A stretch of DNA of 57,407 nt, counting the filler, from Basidiobolus ranarum (Eukaryota): NCBI GenBank assembly GCA_040143965.1. It is 5 parts of 5 records of this genome, joined end to end, with 100 filler letters (N's around TTAATTAATTAA, not from the genome) between each part and the next. Parts side by side here need not be neighbours in the genome. Positions count along the whole stretch, not along the records: positions 1 to 11,417 come from JASJQH010000614.1; positions 11,518 to 22,929 come from JASJQH010000615.1; 3 more parts are not named here. One strand, 5' to 3'. Below, piece by piece: positions 1 to 12,872 of this stretch. The notes beneath the pieces are model-generated. The model did not search any database. It saw nothing but the letters and a program-made list of their open reading frames with translations, and had not been told where the DNA came from. Each line of letters opens with the position of its first letter. Positions within the stretch are counted from its first letter, which is position 1. Both the position numbers and the translations under genes were made by a program.

Positions 1-287
1 CTAACAGTGGCATTTCTTTTCTTTTCCTGCCCCTGTCATAACGCTCCCGCACTGAAGCAAAGCATACGCCCTATTAGAAATTATCTCCATGAACTTTAAT
101 AAAGCGTCAGGACAAACTCCGTTACATTTAAACTATATTTATTAAACACCAATTGGTACTAAGCTACTAAGAATATTGTCAACATGTGGCTAGAAATTCA
201 TACAAATCATCTTTACCCGGTTTAACTCATATACATGGCTTCCAGATACCAGAGCTTTTAATGATAAGAGTACTACTTGTGTTTAAA

Positions 288-1328
288 TTACATCGCTGTC
301 CTTTTATCCTTTATACTGGAAGGACCGAGATCTTGAATGCGATATCCATTTTCATATGTTCGATCGAACACATGAAACTTTGGAACATACATACCATCCT
401 TATTTGCATGCGTTGGAGTTCTTCTCTGACATTTGCGTCTAGGGAGCATCCAGTTCCTAATAAACCAAGCTCTAACGAACATGGCTGCTTCTATGCTGCG
501 TATTAACCATGCGCTAGGTTTTTCAAAGCCCATAGCAATACGTAGACGATCATCCATTAGGGCGTAAACAGCGGAATGGCTAAAAGGATGGAGGATCCGA
601 GGGATTTTACTTACAAACAAGTCGCGAGTAGCAATGGCCACTTTATGATTGACTGGATGAAATACCATATGACGCTCTTCGTACTCAGTATTGAATTGAA
701 ACATTCCTTCGTATGAATCTGGTATATCTTGGATTCCCATTCGAGCCCCGATATCTCTCCACAGTAAGAAAATGGCTTGCTTTTCATTAGAAGTAGTTGG
801 ACGCCACTCAAAGCGATCAATCCAACGAATAGGTTCGCACACGAATACAGTTAAGGTGTATAGATAATCTTCATTGGAAATTCGATAATTCGAATGAATT
901 TGGTTCATTCTATTGAGTGCTTCAGATGCCCTGCTCTCGTGTCCCTTTACACTGGTCAAAGGGATGGCAAAAGGGCATTTGAGATCAGCATAGAAGGAAT
1001 TTTCAATAAACTCCTTGATCAACAAGTCAGTATCGTCGTATCTCTTTCCGGTGCGCTTAGTGAGCTCCCGTGTTTTGGCAAGAATAGAGGAGATAGAAGG
1101 AATGCCGTAAGTACGGAATAGACCATACTCCAGAGCTTTGGTGTAGGTGAAAGGAAATTCAGTCTGACCAGCAACGCTGACAATCGCATGTACTAATGAG
1201 TTCTTCTCTTCCGATGACACATTATTCAAGGAAAGTGTCTTTAGATAATCCCGATTGTAATAACGCTGGTGTCGAACGTAAAGCCAGTAAGAGGTTAGCG
1301 CCAAGATGGAGAAGAGAATGGTCCACAT
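288..1328 (-). CDS. ER-bound oxygenase MpaB/DUF2236 (rubber-oxygenase-like) family protein
   Basis: 346-aa intronless ORF with an N-terminal membrane anchor and motifs LEYGLFRTYGIPSIS, KRYDDTDLLI, RMNQIHSNYRISNEDYLYTL and W..IG.RMGI.DIP typical of the family. Confidence 0.85.
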   Translation of the reverse strand: MWTILFSILALTSYWLYVRHQRYYNRDYLKTLSLNNVSSEEKNSLVHAIVSVAGQTEFPFTYTKALEYGLFRTYGIPSISSILAKTRELTKRTGKRYDDTDLLIKEFIENSFYADLKCPFAIPLTSVKGHESRASEALNRMNQIHSNYRISNEDYLYTLTVFVCEPIRWIDRFEWRPTTSNEKQAIFLLWRDIGARMGIQDIPDSYEGMFQFNTEYEERHMVFHPVNHKVAIATRDLFVSKIPRILHPFSHSAVYALMDDRLRIAMGFEKPSAWLIRSIEAAMFVRAWFIRNWMLPRRKCQRRTPTHANKDGMYVPKFHVFDRTYENGYRIQDLGPSSIKDKRTAM

Positions 1329-2510
1329 TTTGACGTATGACTTGGTCAGTAATCATCGCCTATATATATATGGATATTGAAGCTGCACCACGATAACCAT
1401 ATGCACTCATTAAGCCATCATCTATGTACAAATAGAGATATTGTGTGATACAATAAAATTCCACATCCATCTTATAGGCCCAAGTTGCAATTGTATGCAT
1501 GGCAGTGTGATGCCTAGAAAATATCAAAATGTTAGCAGACATGTGTAAATAAAGTTAGTAGTAGAGCTGGTACAGTCGTGCGGCATTGCTTTAATCTATT
1601 TGTGGGTGAATCCAATATTAAGACGGGATCGAGATCACATGAATATCCTCCCCAGCTATTTACGAAGTTTGTGGAAATGGGAATTCTCCATGGTTTATGA
1701 AGGAGTGCCAATCAAAGACAAGTGCACATCCCACATACCAACATGCATATATATTAGAATTCACAATGTTCATCAAACTGAATACAATCTCCCAACTAGT
1801 CAGCGTCTGAGTCTACACAAGTAACTTTATACCCATGGTGACGTAAGTTAGCTTGATAAACAGAATATTAGAATCCTCTGATTCATGCTACTTTCTAAGC
1901 AGACAACCAGGCTCATGTCACTTTTGAGAAAGCGATCTCCCTCTCCACAGGGAGCTATTAATCGATTGAGGACAAGCAGAATGATCATTAGATATGCAAT
2001 AACACTTCTCTTCTGATTGAGCTTCAAGTGCGAACAAATAGCAATTCCTGCTGACTAGAGTTGTGTAGAGGACGCAGGAGAGTGCTAAGCATATATCAGA
2101 GACTATCATCGGAACATATATTTTGGGCACCTAGGATGTTCTAGTAATCCTGGGTCAAAACTCTTCATGCCCGTTTTTCATGCGCCGAAAACTCTTCAAT
2201 GCCTTATTGATGCTTAATATGGATCATTGCATATACTGGCATTGAATGGGGATGGCAATTTGTGGCTCGCGAGTACCAATCAATTCTGAAAGGATGGGGT
2301 GTTTCGATTCAAGCATAATGGTATTCAAGTAGAATATCTTTATTTGTTAATGGCATGTTTTTTTTGTGATTTTCATGTTGCATTGAAGTTACATGTATTA
2401 CATCTGTGTACAAGAATATCTAGAGATAGCTAGCTGAATAATGTAGTTAGTCTGATTATCAATGTACTAAACGGATTATTTTACTCTGGTAGCAATGAAT
2501 TGTCTTGCAC

Positions 2511-3537
2511 CTATGAAAATAACTTTTTCAAGAAAGATTTTCGTTTGTTAGGTTGAGAAGCGCTCGAATCTGCTACTGAAGAGGGCGCCTCAGAAACAGG
2601 TGCACTGGGATGGCTGGTTTGTGTAGGAGGTGCTGGTTGGGCAGCGGGTTGTGGATCAGGGGGTTGGGCGGTGGTCGATGCTGTTGGTGGTACAGTAGAA
2701 GGTTGAGCGGCAGCTGCACTTTCCTGCGGCTGTATTTGTGGCTGAGCTACTTCATGGTATTTGGCAATAATTTGCGCAAAGTTCTGTCCTTGGGATTTGG
2801 CAACCTCGAGCTCCTTGACTGTAGGCTGACGAGCACCATCAGGTCCTGCTAAGGTGCCTGCTCCCCAGGCACTACCCCCTACTATTTCCGAATTATCAGA
2901 AAGATGGGGGGATGCAAATCCATTAGGGATGAAGATGATTCCATGATGCACCAAGGTACTCATAAATGTGAGGGCGGTTGTTTCCTGTCCACCATGCTGG
3001 CCAGCCGTAGAGAAGAAAACACTGGCAAATTTGTTTCTTAGTGCTCCTCTATGAAAATGATTAGAATAAGTGACTAGGGGAGAAGGTAATGAGGACTATC
3101 TTACTGCATCCAAAGTGATCCAGTTGCATCCCAAAAGCTTTGCACTTGGGAGGGCATCGATCCATACCGCGTACTAAAGAAGCCATTAGTGTTCAATCAT
3201 CATTAAAACAGCCGCTTCTGGTAACTTACGGGATTCCAAAAAAGAACGCATCCGCTTGAACTAACTCTGCTGGGGTGATTACAGGAATATTGGGTTTAGG
3301 AGGAGCATGCATCTTCTCTAACACTATAGAGACGATTTAGGAATGTTCGACGCATGGTAGAGTTAGTTAGGATATTGAAGCCATACCTTCCTCCGATAGA
3401 GTTTCGGCCACTTGAAATATAGACACATCCACGCTGCCGGTACTTTCTAGTCCCTCCTTGATGGACTCGGCTAGCGTATAAACGTGGCCATACAAACTGT
3501 AAAGAATAATGAAGACCTTGGGCTTTGGGGTAGACAT
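2511..3537 (-). CDS. WrbA/Pst2/Ycp4-type flavodoxin-like NAD(P)H:quinone oxidoreductase with Pro/Ala/Ser-rich C-terminal extension
   Basis: Spliced manually from ATG 3537 (MSTPKPKVFIILYSLYGHV); GT-AG introns 3324-3386, 3174-3229, 3049-3104; motifs FGIPTRYG, STAGQHGGQETT, GGSAWGAGTLAGPDGARQP. Confidence 0.92.
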
Positions 3538-6455
3538 TGGAAATTAGATAGGATTAATTTTACCACCAAGCAGGTACAGAGCTCCTTATATATGCTCCGC
3601 TGGTTTCAAGACGAACTGTAATTGATACGATGTTGTGAAGTTCCCTATTATAAGGCACAAGCATGTTTAGGATAAAAATACCAGCAAAATGATCTTCAGG
3701 TATCCATTGGTTGGGAGAATAAAACCTTTTGTACCGGTCACTTTTAACTGGTCCTCGAGATTAGTCGTTGGCGAGAAATGAGGGCTTTTGGCATTAGCAC
3801 CCACTTTGCGATGTTTGTTCCATCAGTAGGGGTGGCATTATTGGACTGTGCGATTGATTTGAATCAACAGCTGGATGCTTTACCGGTCTCAGTTAAATGG
3901 ACTTCACTACTGTTTGCTTAAATATTCCATAACTGTCGATGTTTTTATCCGATCACATTTGTCATCCGCTAGTGAAGTGAAATTACACTTATGAGGTGGC
4001 CCACTTAGGATCAGAAGACTTCGTGATTCTCCAGGGATTCATTTAGTCATCAGTTCATTTAATAAAGAGCAATGAAGCTAAATGGCAAATGCGTACATTA
4101 ACAAAGTCGTACTTGTGTTCCATCCGCGTTTCCACATTTTGTTGCTAAAATAATCAATTGATGAGCCCATATTTGGGTCAAGCTACGTAATCTCAGCAGC
4201 ATAAATGACTGGACATCAATGCACATATTGACGCGCTAATTCCCGTGCCTGGATAAGAATGAAATGAGACAGGGTGGTTGAGATTGTGGATGTGAGAGAT
4301 AATCAGTGGCCAGCAACGTGACGTCTGTTTTAGAACCTCATAGGAGACCGCTGAAAAAAACATGACGCGTCTCAGATTTAAATTCATGATTGTAGCCCCC
4401 TGTTTGGTACGAGGGAAACGTGTTGCAAAGGTATAACCACGGGGCATAGATGGCACAACTCAAGATCAATGACCCTCGGCTTGGGAGAGGTTCTTGGAAA
4501 GAAATAGGCCCTTTTGATGTCCCCAACCTTAGGTCAGGATGGCTTTACAACAATTGTGGAGACGAATGGCTTGGGACGGGGTCCTCTTTATTAGGCAATG
4601 ATTGTCCATTGTACGAGAACTAACTGTCACAACTAATTCTATTCACATCTGAACCGTTCTATTCTTAGGTCTCACTTGTAAGCGGCTGAATCTACTGGCT
4701 TACTTTGACCCTACTTAATTGTGTCACTTGATCTCACCAACACATCAATGCAATATGAACAGTACTAGAAGTCGAAATATAGTGTATACCAGGTCATTTT
4801 TACTTGAAGTTGGATTGATTTGCAAAATATTTCTTTAGTAATGAGCCCTCCACTCTAGAATATTCGAAATTCATCAAACCTTATCGCTTTTCATGTCATA
4901 CCCAATATCAAATAGCAAGCGACATAAAAAAATGAAAACAGGAGTTCCATAACTTTTACATACCTTTATCTGCACTAGAATATTGTCTTTGTTAATGAGT
5001 TTCTGCAATGTGTGAAGCTGTACGCTATTCACTCTGCCCTCAAGAAGAGCCAAAGGGTATATTCCCCTGATATATGGCGTAATATAACCACGAAGTTGTA
5101 CATCGTAAAAGTGGGGTTAATAAACAGCCATTCAGTATTCATATGTGCAGACCCGTAGTGTTTGAGTGTAGCTCGTATTAATCTTTTCGAACGAATTCTA
5201 TTAATTAGGTGTGTCATACCTGTGCTTGGTACAGAAACATTGACAATACTTTTGTTCCAAAGCTACTCGAGGCAGGACGGTTATGTGATCACAGTACTGC
5301 TTTTAATGTCGAGAGTGTAACAACAGGATTAGCAGTGGTTTGCCCAATCATCGACAGAGAACGTCGCTAGGAGAGCAAGTAAGATCCATTATATAGTCAA
5401 TCTAAGTCAAATCCCAACTTATGGACTAGCCTACTGGTTGATCTATAGCAAGGCTTCTGAAGCACTTGGATGGATTCTTGCATTGCACACCTATTAGAAA
5501 GTAAGCCATGATACCCGGAAAGGATCTCGGAGTAAATTCTTGGCCAGTCAGTGCTTATATTTAATATTGTGAATGTCCAACTCAAGCGTCGTCAACGGTG
5601 CTCGGCTGAGTCTCACAGTATATATAATTTGTTCGTAACGAAAGAATCTTAACAGGTTTAAGGTCATGTGTACTGATCAACTCCTGATAAATCTGACGCT
5701 GAGGGAATTATCAGGATTCACAAGTATTCATTTAATGAGATGAAGGCGTGAGCTCAATACATTCAGTAATATCGAATGGCTGGGTTGTGCTGCGCCAGTA
5801 GATTGATTTTACAAATAGATATGCATGAAATATCATCTGGCCGAGATTTTCATTCCACTGTCCAATATAGCCTTGCAAGGTCGCTGAAACCGGTTAGATT
5901 TTGTGGATCGCGAAGGTTCAATAGGGTAGTATCGGAGCGTACACAAAGCGGAGTTATTAGATTTATACGTTGTTGGATTCGAGTACTCTAATGGGAATAG
6001 CAATGGTCAAGTGAGAGTGTCCAAGGCTATCTATTTCTCAGGGTAATGAAGTTTACACGCAGAGAGGTTGCACGAGTCAAATCACCACTTTTTCATAGAC
6101 CTCTCATGGATAAGAGTGCCATCATCCAGGTCCATAAGGAAGGAAAGTGCTTTCTTTATGCGAGTTCCCAGCTATCACTTATTGCTGGACCCATATATCC
6201 GAAATCTAGCCATCATGTAGTACTAGTAGATGGACTGTTTGTAGTACTACAAAAACATAAATTCAACTTTGCATTCCTCGTCGATGATCATGTTACCGTA
6301 GATTATGGCAATTACGCGATGGTGTAAAGATTCTGAACTTGAGCATATATCCTATGGTCCTTTACCAGAAATGTAAATATATATAAGAGCGTTTTGAGGC
6401 TCATACTCAAACATTAATTCAGTTTTCTCTTCTCTCTCAGCCAGTCTGTTGAAAA

Positions 6456-7748
6456 ATGGTCCACTTCCAATCCCTTGCTTATGGAGCTATCGTTGCTATT
6501 CTATTGGCTGTGCCAATCAGTGAAGCTAAGGAACAATTCCTTCCAAACAAGTATATTGTGAAGTTTCGCAAGAGTGCCGACATTCAAAAAGGTATTGCTT
6601 TTCTATACGAATGGAATCTCACTTTCCAAGAGTACTTCATTAACTAACCATCTCTCTTAGTTGACACCTTGATCAATGAGAAGATTGAAAGTTTCAACAA
6701 CGAGATTAAGTCGAGCTTCGGTGTTGCAGGTGCCGCTGGTGGCAACCAAACTGTAACTTTCAATAAGATTGTCCGAAAGTACACCATGGGTCAGTTTAAG
6801 GCTTACGCTGGTACGCTTAGCCATGACATGGTTAAATCTCTTCGTGATAATCCCAACGTTGAATACGTTGAACAGGAGCAAGTGTTTACTATGGCTGGAG
6901 TTCAAAACAACCCACCTAACTGGGGTCTTGCTAGAATCTCCCAACGCCAACGTAATCCTAATGCTCAATATAACTTCCCCGATTCAGCCGGCCAAGGCAT
7001 CGATGTGTATGTAATTGATACAGGTATCAATGTTAGACACAGAGACTTTGGTGGCAGAGCCTCTCTTCCTGTCAGCTTCATTGAAGGAGAAGCAACAGAT
7101 GATCTCAACGGTCATGGCTCTCATGTAGCTGGAATTGTCGGTGGAAATACTTACGGTGTTGCCAAAAGAGTTAGGTTGATTGGTGTCAAGGTTCTGGGCA
7201 GAGATGGCCGCGGAAGTACATCCGGGATCATCGCTGGTGTCAATTGGGTAACTCGCCAAGTCAGATCAACGGGACGCAAGAGTGTCATCAACATGTCACT
7301 AGGTGGCGGTAATAGTAATGCGCTTAATAGTGCGGTTGATGCGGCAGTGCAAGCGGGCATTCCAGTGATTGTAGCCGCAGGCAATGAAAGCCAAGATGCT
7401 TGCAACGTATCGCCAGCTAATGGCCGCTCTGCTTTTACTGTTGGTGCAACTGACTATAATGATAATGCTGCCAATTACAGTAACTGGGGTCAGTGTGTGA
7501 ATATCCAAGCACCAGGTTCTAACATCTTGTCCGCATTCATGGGAAATCCAGATGCTCGTAATAGCTTGTCTGGAACGAGCATGGCTAGTCCCCAAGTCGC
7601 TGGTATTGCTGCTCTTTATTTAGGTGAGGGTTCGGCTAACTCACCTCAAACCGTTTACAATTCGTTGACTAGCCGTGCTACTCGTAATGTGGTCAGGGGA
7701 TTGAGAGGAAACAGCCCCAACCTTATGGCGTATTCCTTGAGCAACTAG
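6456..7748 (+). CDS. Secreted subtilisin-like serine protease (S8A, proteinase K type) with I9 propeptide
   Basis: Signal peptide; intron 6592-6660 (GTATTG..TAG) joins the two ORFs in frame; catalytic motifs VIDTG, NGHGSHVAG, SGTSMASP, oxyanion AAGN. Confidence 0.96.
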
Positions 7749-8746
7749 GTATAATTGTTGTCTGTTCTTGAGCTCGACGACTTTCAAGTCGGGATGAGTA
7801 TCTTTGATCTTGAAGGCTTTTAATAAAGCACCTCGAAATCATCCACGTTTCGTGATAATATTTTAAAGTGTAACGTATATATATTTGGACAGATTACTGA
7901 TTATATAATGCTCAAATTGCTGAAGCACTCCGGAGATGTTTCTTCGGACACGAAGTCTTGATATACATATACTCCGCAAGATTAATTGGGATTATGCATT
8001 ATTTAAGCATGTTACTAATGGCACTATAAACACTAATCACTGCTAACATAAGTCAAAAGCCAAACTGGATTCACGTAGCACCTACAAACTATGTACGAAC
8101 AAACTCCGCCGTCACTAGCCGTGGAATGGCAATAAGTAGCGCGGGTCTTGTACGTTGCTACCTTGCACATGATAGTCAAAAAGCAGTAACTACATAAGCT
8201 ATAGCACAATACCAAATTAGAGGCAACTGCATATGCCATAGACAGATATCGCCCAGTATGTGAGTGCTCTAATCTCGTAGAATGTGATCTTGATCTGATC
8301 AGCGTGGCATGGTGATTGGTATTGTTACGATATTGATGAGTCAGAAGGAATTTTTGAGATGGCAAGAGCCCATTTCAATCCTAGACCGCTTGAAACTATG
8401 TTACTAATTTGACACTACCCGTCACGTTGATTCTAAGCTAGCTATCTGTTAAGCACAGAACCTGATCAAACTGGGCATAATACTGATGATTCCAGTTAAC
8501 TTCTCATTCAGCCTAAAGTCTAGCCATTGGCAGAATCTGGTAGAGCTTGCTTGATTGGTGAAGAAAAATGGTTAGTAGTCTGATCGAATGCCCCGATGAA
8601 ACACGCGCCTTGCTCAGCTCCGATATTGATTCCTTGGTGATATATGAGCCTCACCAACGAACGTAGCCTCTTCCTCTCGCACAGCTGAATGCTTTCTTTA
8701 ATTTGATCATAATCTTACTATTTTCTATAACTTTTGCTTAGTATAA

Positions 8747-9202
8747 ATGGTCGATTCTGGCACAGAATTCTATACTACATTGCGAGCCGCTGAAAGAGAG
8801 GTAGAGTTTGATGAGGTATCGCATTATGCAGCCTCTTTGGCAGCGCAAGATTTTGCTTTTGGCCTGAGAGGTATATCAGAGGTTCAGACAGAAACACTTG
8901 TTGACCCTAATGTAGTTATACCAATGACTACGTTTTCCTACCATGAGTACCCAATTCTCAAAGAACACCTCGTGTCTCCCCCTGTTTCAAACAAGCAGCT
9001 TACCAAGACCTCCAATATAGAAGTAAGTAAGCCGTGTTGTATCAAATTCAAAATCTTGCCTGAGCCGTCATTAGTAGAAAGAAACTGCATTAACATACTC
9101 CCCAAACGAAGTATGCCTTTTTGGAGAGATATTTCTGACAGGGAATATCTTAGAGTATTTGCCTTGGAGAATCGTCTAGCTAAACATATAGCATCCGAGT
9201 AA
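8747..9202 (+). CDS. Hypothetical protein
   Basis: 151-aa ATG ORF with protein-like composition; no recognised family motif. Confidence 0.4.
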   Translation: MVDSGTEFYTTLRAAEREVEFDEVSHYAASLAAQDFAFGLRGISEVQTETLVDPNVVIPMTTFSYHEYPILKEHLVSPPVSNKQLTKTSNIEVSKPCCIKFKILPEPSLVERNCINILPKRSMPFWRDISDREYLRVFALENRLAKHIASE

Positions 9203-11129
9203 TGGTATATTATCTCATGCAACTAATAACTTCTTCGTGATTGAATGAGTATCTGGCATTAGTCAGCACCAAATGCATTCCTTTACTAGCTGAACTCATC
9301 TCTTTCAAACCACAACTAAGTCACATGCCACATTATTGTAAATAACTAGCCATATCATCTATTCTTGTTAAATTTTGACATCAACGCATACAAGTGGTAC
9401 TGATGAATAATTTCAATGTGACCTCTAAATAAAAAAAAAGTGTGCAATATTCGTCAGTCTTGTGCAAGCTCATCCATTTCCATGTAAAGATGAGTAGAAT
9501 GATTAATTCTTGCATATTTGACTACCACTTAGTATCCACGTATTGATACTAACCAGTACAGATTCTTGGAGACTCTTGGCTGTACGGCGCTATTAACTAG
9601 GATAGATATAATTGGGATGTGCATGCCAAATGGAATAGATGGTAGCCAAATCTCGCACGTAATAGAAGTATTGGTGAGTTGAGACTGCAGAATTTCGGCA
9701 TGTGATCTGACGGTCAACTGATTAGAGAATTTCGTAATGAAAAAATCATGGGCATATCATGTGATGCGAAATTCATTTCCACTTTAAGGTATCTAATAAC
9801 CGATTTGGTAGTACCTGGGACGAGTGTGCTACACTAGGTATAATATTGGTGATGCTCATCATGGAATCTCCAGTGAGTCAATAAAGAGAAGGAGAAGTGG
9901 TATTTCTCGTTTAAAGTTAGTTCTATTTTCTCATACACTTATATCACATTTATGGAATTATTCATGTTAAATTTCATTTCTATTTCTTGAAAATATCCAG
10001 TGATTCTTCCATGATCCATTTATCTCCTGTATCTTAGCATAACCAACGTACTTGCCATCATTTGATGCAGATTCCTTGCTAAGTTTAGTCATGTTTAACC
10101 ATAACCATCTATGTAAAAATGGGGTTAGTCAAGTCTTCCAGAATAACTGAAAGATTAACTTAACCACTGTCTCTCTCGGATTAACAAAATTGGGATACAC
10201 AAGTGACAAGTATAAATGTGGTTTCATATCTTTCCAGAAACTTGGTACTCGGCCAAAGTTTCACCTATTGTTAAGGACTATTATCTAAAAGTCAATGTAT
10301 AGAGGATGTCACTAAAACAACTGGTATGCAAGTATACTCCTAGCAATAATAAAGAACACTTCAACCATATCAAATTGATTAGACGAAGAGCGGAGGCTAG
10401 AACCCTCCCAATAAACCAATATAAAAGATATTTTATCATTGTTACTACCTGGGGGTGAGAGTATTTCTTTACTAGCCTCAACATGCAAGAGTGCCCGCCC
10501 ACTTTAATCAACTTTTTGGTTCATCATTATGGTGACTATGGTCGGACATACTGTTATTGGTAAAAGTCGAGCCACCCCACATAGAGCAAACTTCCCAGGG
10601 AGTTGACTTGTTGATCATGTGAGCTGAGCTGAGTGTAATGGTGAGAGTATTGGACATCGAATAGCGTGATATAAACAGCATATAGTTACGTATTTGATTG
10701 AGCAGCTCGTCATTAAGGCTATGGTTATGATCATGGCCATTCCCGGTTTACCAACGAGACGCTTGCAACCTTAAGTATCCCAAGGTGAGAATTGTATTGC
10801 ATAATATGAATGATCTACGCTGCATTATGCCTATTCAGATACGGAGAGTGATTCTTGTTCGGCTTTTAATTAGTATGAATTTTGTGACACCTAGATCAAG
10901 GTAAACATGGTTAGTGTTATCCGTAGAAATGGATACGTTGACTACAGAACGGGATCTTTACTTGAGTTCGATGGCGTGAGTGTGAGAGTGAGGAAGATGT
11001 TGAGAGTAAATATTGATTGAGGTGGGAATAATGAGTGAATTGCTTGAGGGGCCTCTGGTAAAGACCAAATATGAATGATGATAAATAGCTGAAACCTTGT
11101 CAATTCAATTATCGTTCAATCTTCTAGCT

Positions 11130-11417
11130 ATGCGCTACACTACTTTACTTTCCTTGGTTTTGCTTTCCGCCTCGGGTGTCCTATCGGTCCCAGTTACTGA
11201 GTTCTTGGCTCGTCCAGTTCGCTATGATAACCACAAGTTGATTCAGCTAAAACACTCGGATGCTGCCCTTGATTTCATCAGCAAGAACGACTTGGATGTC
11301 TGGCATAAATCAACCGACGTTCTCCATATCCGTGCTTCTCCCGAAGATGTTGAGAAGCTCGCTGACTTCCAGCCCGAAGTCTTGATCGAGAATATTCAAG
11401 AGAGCATCGACCAAGAG
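11130..11417 (+). CDS. Secreted zinc carboxypeptidase (M14A), signal peptide + activation propeptide only; truncated by contig end
   Basis: MRYTTLLSLVLLSASGVLS signal, then VRYDNHKLI..LDVW..HIR..VLIENIQESIDQE, the typical carboxypeptidase A prodomain pattern. Confidence 0.75.
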
Positions 11418-11517
11418 NNNNNNNNNNNNNNNNNNNNNNNNNNNNNNNNNNNNNNNNNNNNTTAATTAATTAANNNNNNNNNNNNNNNNNNNNNNNNNNN
11501 NNNNNNNNNNNNNNNNN
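11418..11517. other. Artificial contig-join spacer (N44-TTAATTAATTAA-N44)
   Basis: Directly visible; the linker has stops in all six frames. Confidence 0.98.
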
Positions 11518-12227
11518 GTGATATTTGACTAAATAATGTTGACTAACTAATATGTGATATATGAAATAGTTAGGTGTATAAAGATAGAGATAATAAATAT
11601 GATAAAGACAATAAACTTCAACAAATCTATTACTCTGAATCAATCTAAATACATCTCAGATATTACAGGATAGAGAATTGTAAGCCAGTCACAACTCCCA
11701 TGGATCCAGGTGTGAAACTAGTCAAAAATCCCATTGAAAATGATGGAAATTGGCCAAATATGGCTCAAAATATGTCATTTGAAAGCCCTGAGTTCCTTTA
11801 TCAATCTATGGTAGGTAGTTTGATGTGTGCTATGACTGGAACCCAGCCAGATATCTCTTTTTCAGTGGGAGTAGTCAGCCAACATGTGCAAAACCCAGGA
11901 TCTGAGCATTATGCAGCAGTTAAGTGGATTTTCCAATATTTGAAGGGGACAATTAATCTGGGATTAAGACACACACATTCTTATGAGAATAAGGATCTAA
12001 TTGGGTTTAGTGATGCAGATTGGGGACATGATATTGAGGACAGAAGATCTAACACTGGATGCACCTTTCTCTATTGTGAAGCAGCCATATCTTGGAATAG
12101 CAACAAACAACCCACCATAGCACTTTCAACAACTGAAGCAGAATACATGGCAGCATCAGATACAACAAAAGAGGCTATGTGGTTAATGAAACTGTTCAAA
12201 GACTTGGGAATTTTTAAAAGTTCACCC
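11518..12227 (+). mobile_element. Ty1/Copia retrotransposon remnant (RT C-terminus + RNase H start)
   Basis: ORF 11700-12233 has YQSMVGSLM..T(R>Q)PDIS, GFSDADWG, DRRSNTG, ISWNS.KQPTIALSTTEAEYMA; it is cut where an LTR-like sequence begins at 12228. Confidence 0.93.
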
Positions 12228-12709
12228 TGTTGAAAGTCTGGTGACTTGTGGTACAAGCAGCAATTCCCAAAGAGGAAAATATGGAGTATGGTGACTGTAT
12301 CTGAACACAAAGTCTAAGGCCAATCAGTTGCTTGTATAGCTGAAATGCTAAAGTACCATACATTGACAAACTAGGTTAAGATTCCCTAGCAATATAGGCA
12401 TAGCATACAAGGACTTGTAGCTCAGTGGTTAGAGCACCTTGCTAGCGTGAAGGAGGTCCCAGGTTTAAATCCTGGCTAGATCAATATTTCTCCCTAAATA
12501 ATTTCAATAGCTAACATGTATAATGTGTTAAGGAAGGACCCAGGAATATGTGTGCCAAGTTTGGGGCTTCCTTGAAAAATCTATATTTCTTTGAGCTTCT
12601 GAGTAAATTGTGATATTGAATAACGTATAGTTTCTTAGGTCAATATAAGATAACTAAATACTAAGCCATATATGACTATATAGGTGTTTAGGCAATGCTA
12701 TTTTCAACA
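12228..12709 (+). mobile_element. LTR-like repeat copy A (TGTTGAAA...TTTCAACA) with embedded tRNA-derived segment
   Basis: Its 3' ~200 bp match the other family copies (AAGGAAGGWCCCAGGA..TAGGTGTTTAGGCAATGCTAWTTTCAACA); the 5' part differs; no TSD seen. Confidence 0.65.
12411..12483 (+). pseudogene. Degenerate tRNA-Ala(AGC) or tRNA-derived SINE head
   Basis: A-box TAGCTCAGTGGTTAGAGC; anticodon arm CCTTG-CT[AGC]GT-GAAGG (one mismatch); perfect T stem CCAGG/CCTGG with loop TTTAAAT (TTCGAAT with CG>TA); two acceptor-stem mismatches. Confidence 0.75.
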
Positions 12710-12872
12710 GTTAGAAGCCTTCTATAAAGAAAACCTCTAATACACTACTGGTTGTAAATATTGCACTATATCAAATGATATAACTTGCACCCAAGTTTCT
12801 GACATTTTGGTTTGATTATTTCAAGATAATATAAAATATAAATAGTATAACTAACAACTATAACACCAATAC

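Noticed and set aside
4780-5400. Possible decayed secreted gene with intron-like GTATGT..TAG on the minus strand (SGGL..KE, faintly GH19-like)
   Set aside because: No coherent reading frame or second motif could be assembled.
9850-10280. Possible LINE reverse-transcriptase remnant on the minus strand (..PLLLLFID..)
   Set aside because: Only one short motif-like match; too degraded to support.
11462-11473. TTAATTAATTAA palindrome repeated four times at ~11.5-kb spacing
   Set aside because: Synthetic assembly linker, not biological periodicity.
12411-12483. Functional tRNA-Ala gene
   Set aside because: Acceptor and anticodon stem mismatches, mutated T-loop and no clear oligo-T terminator; treated as a pseudogene.
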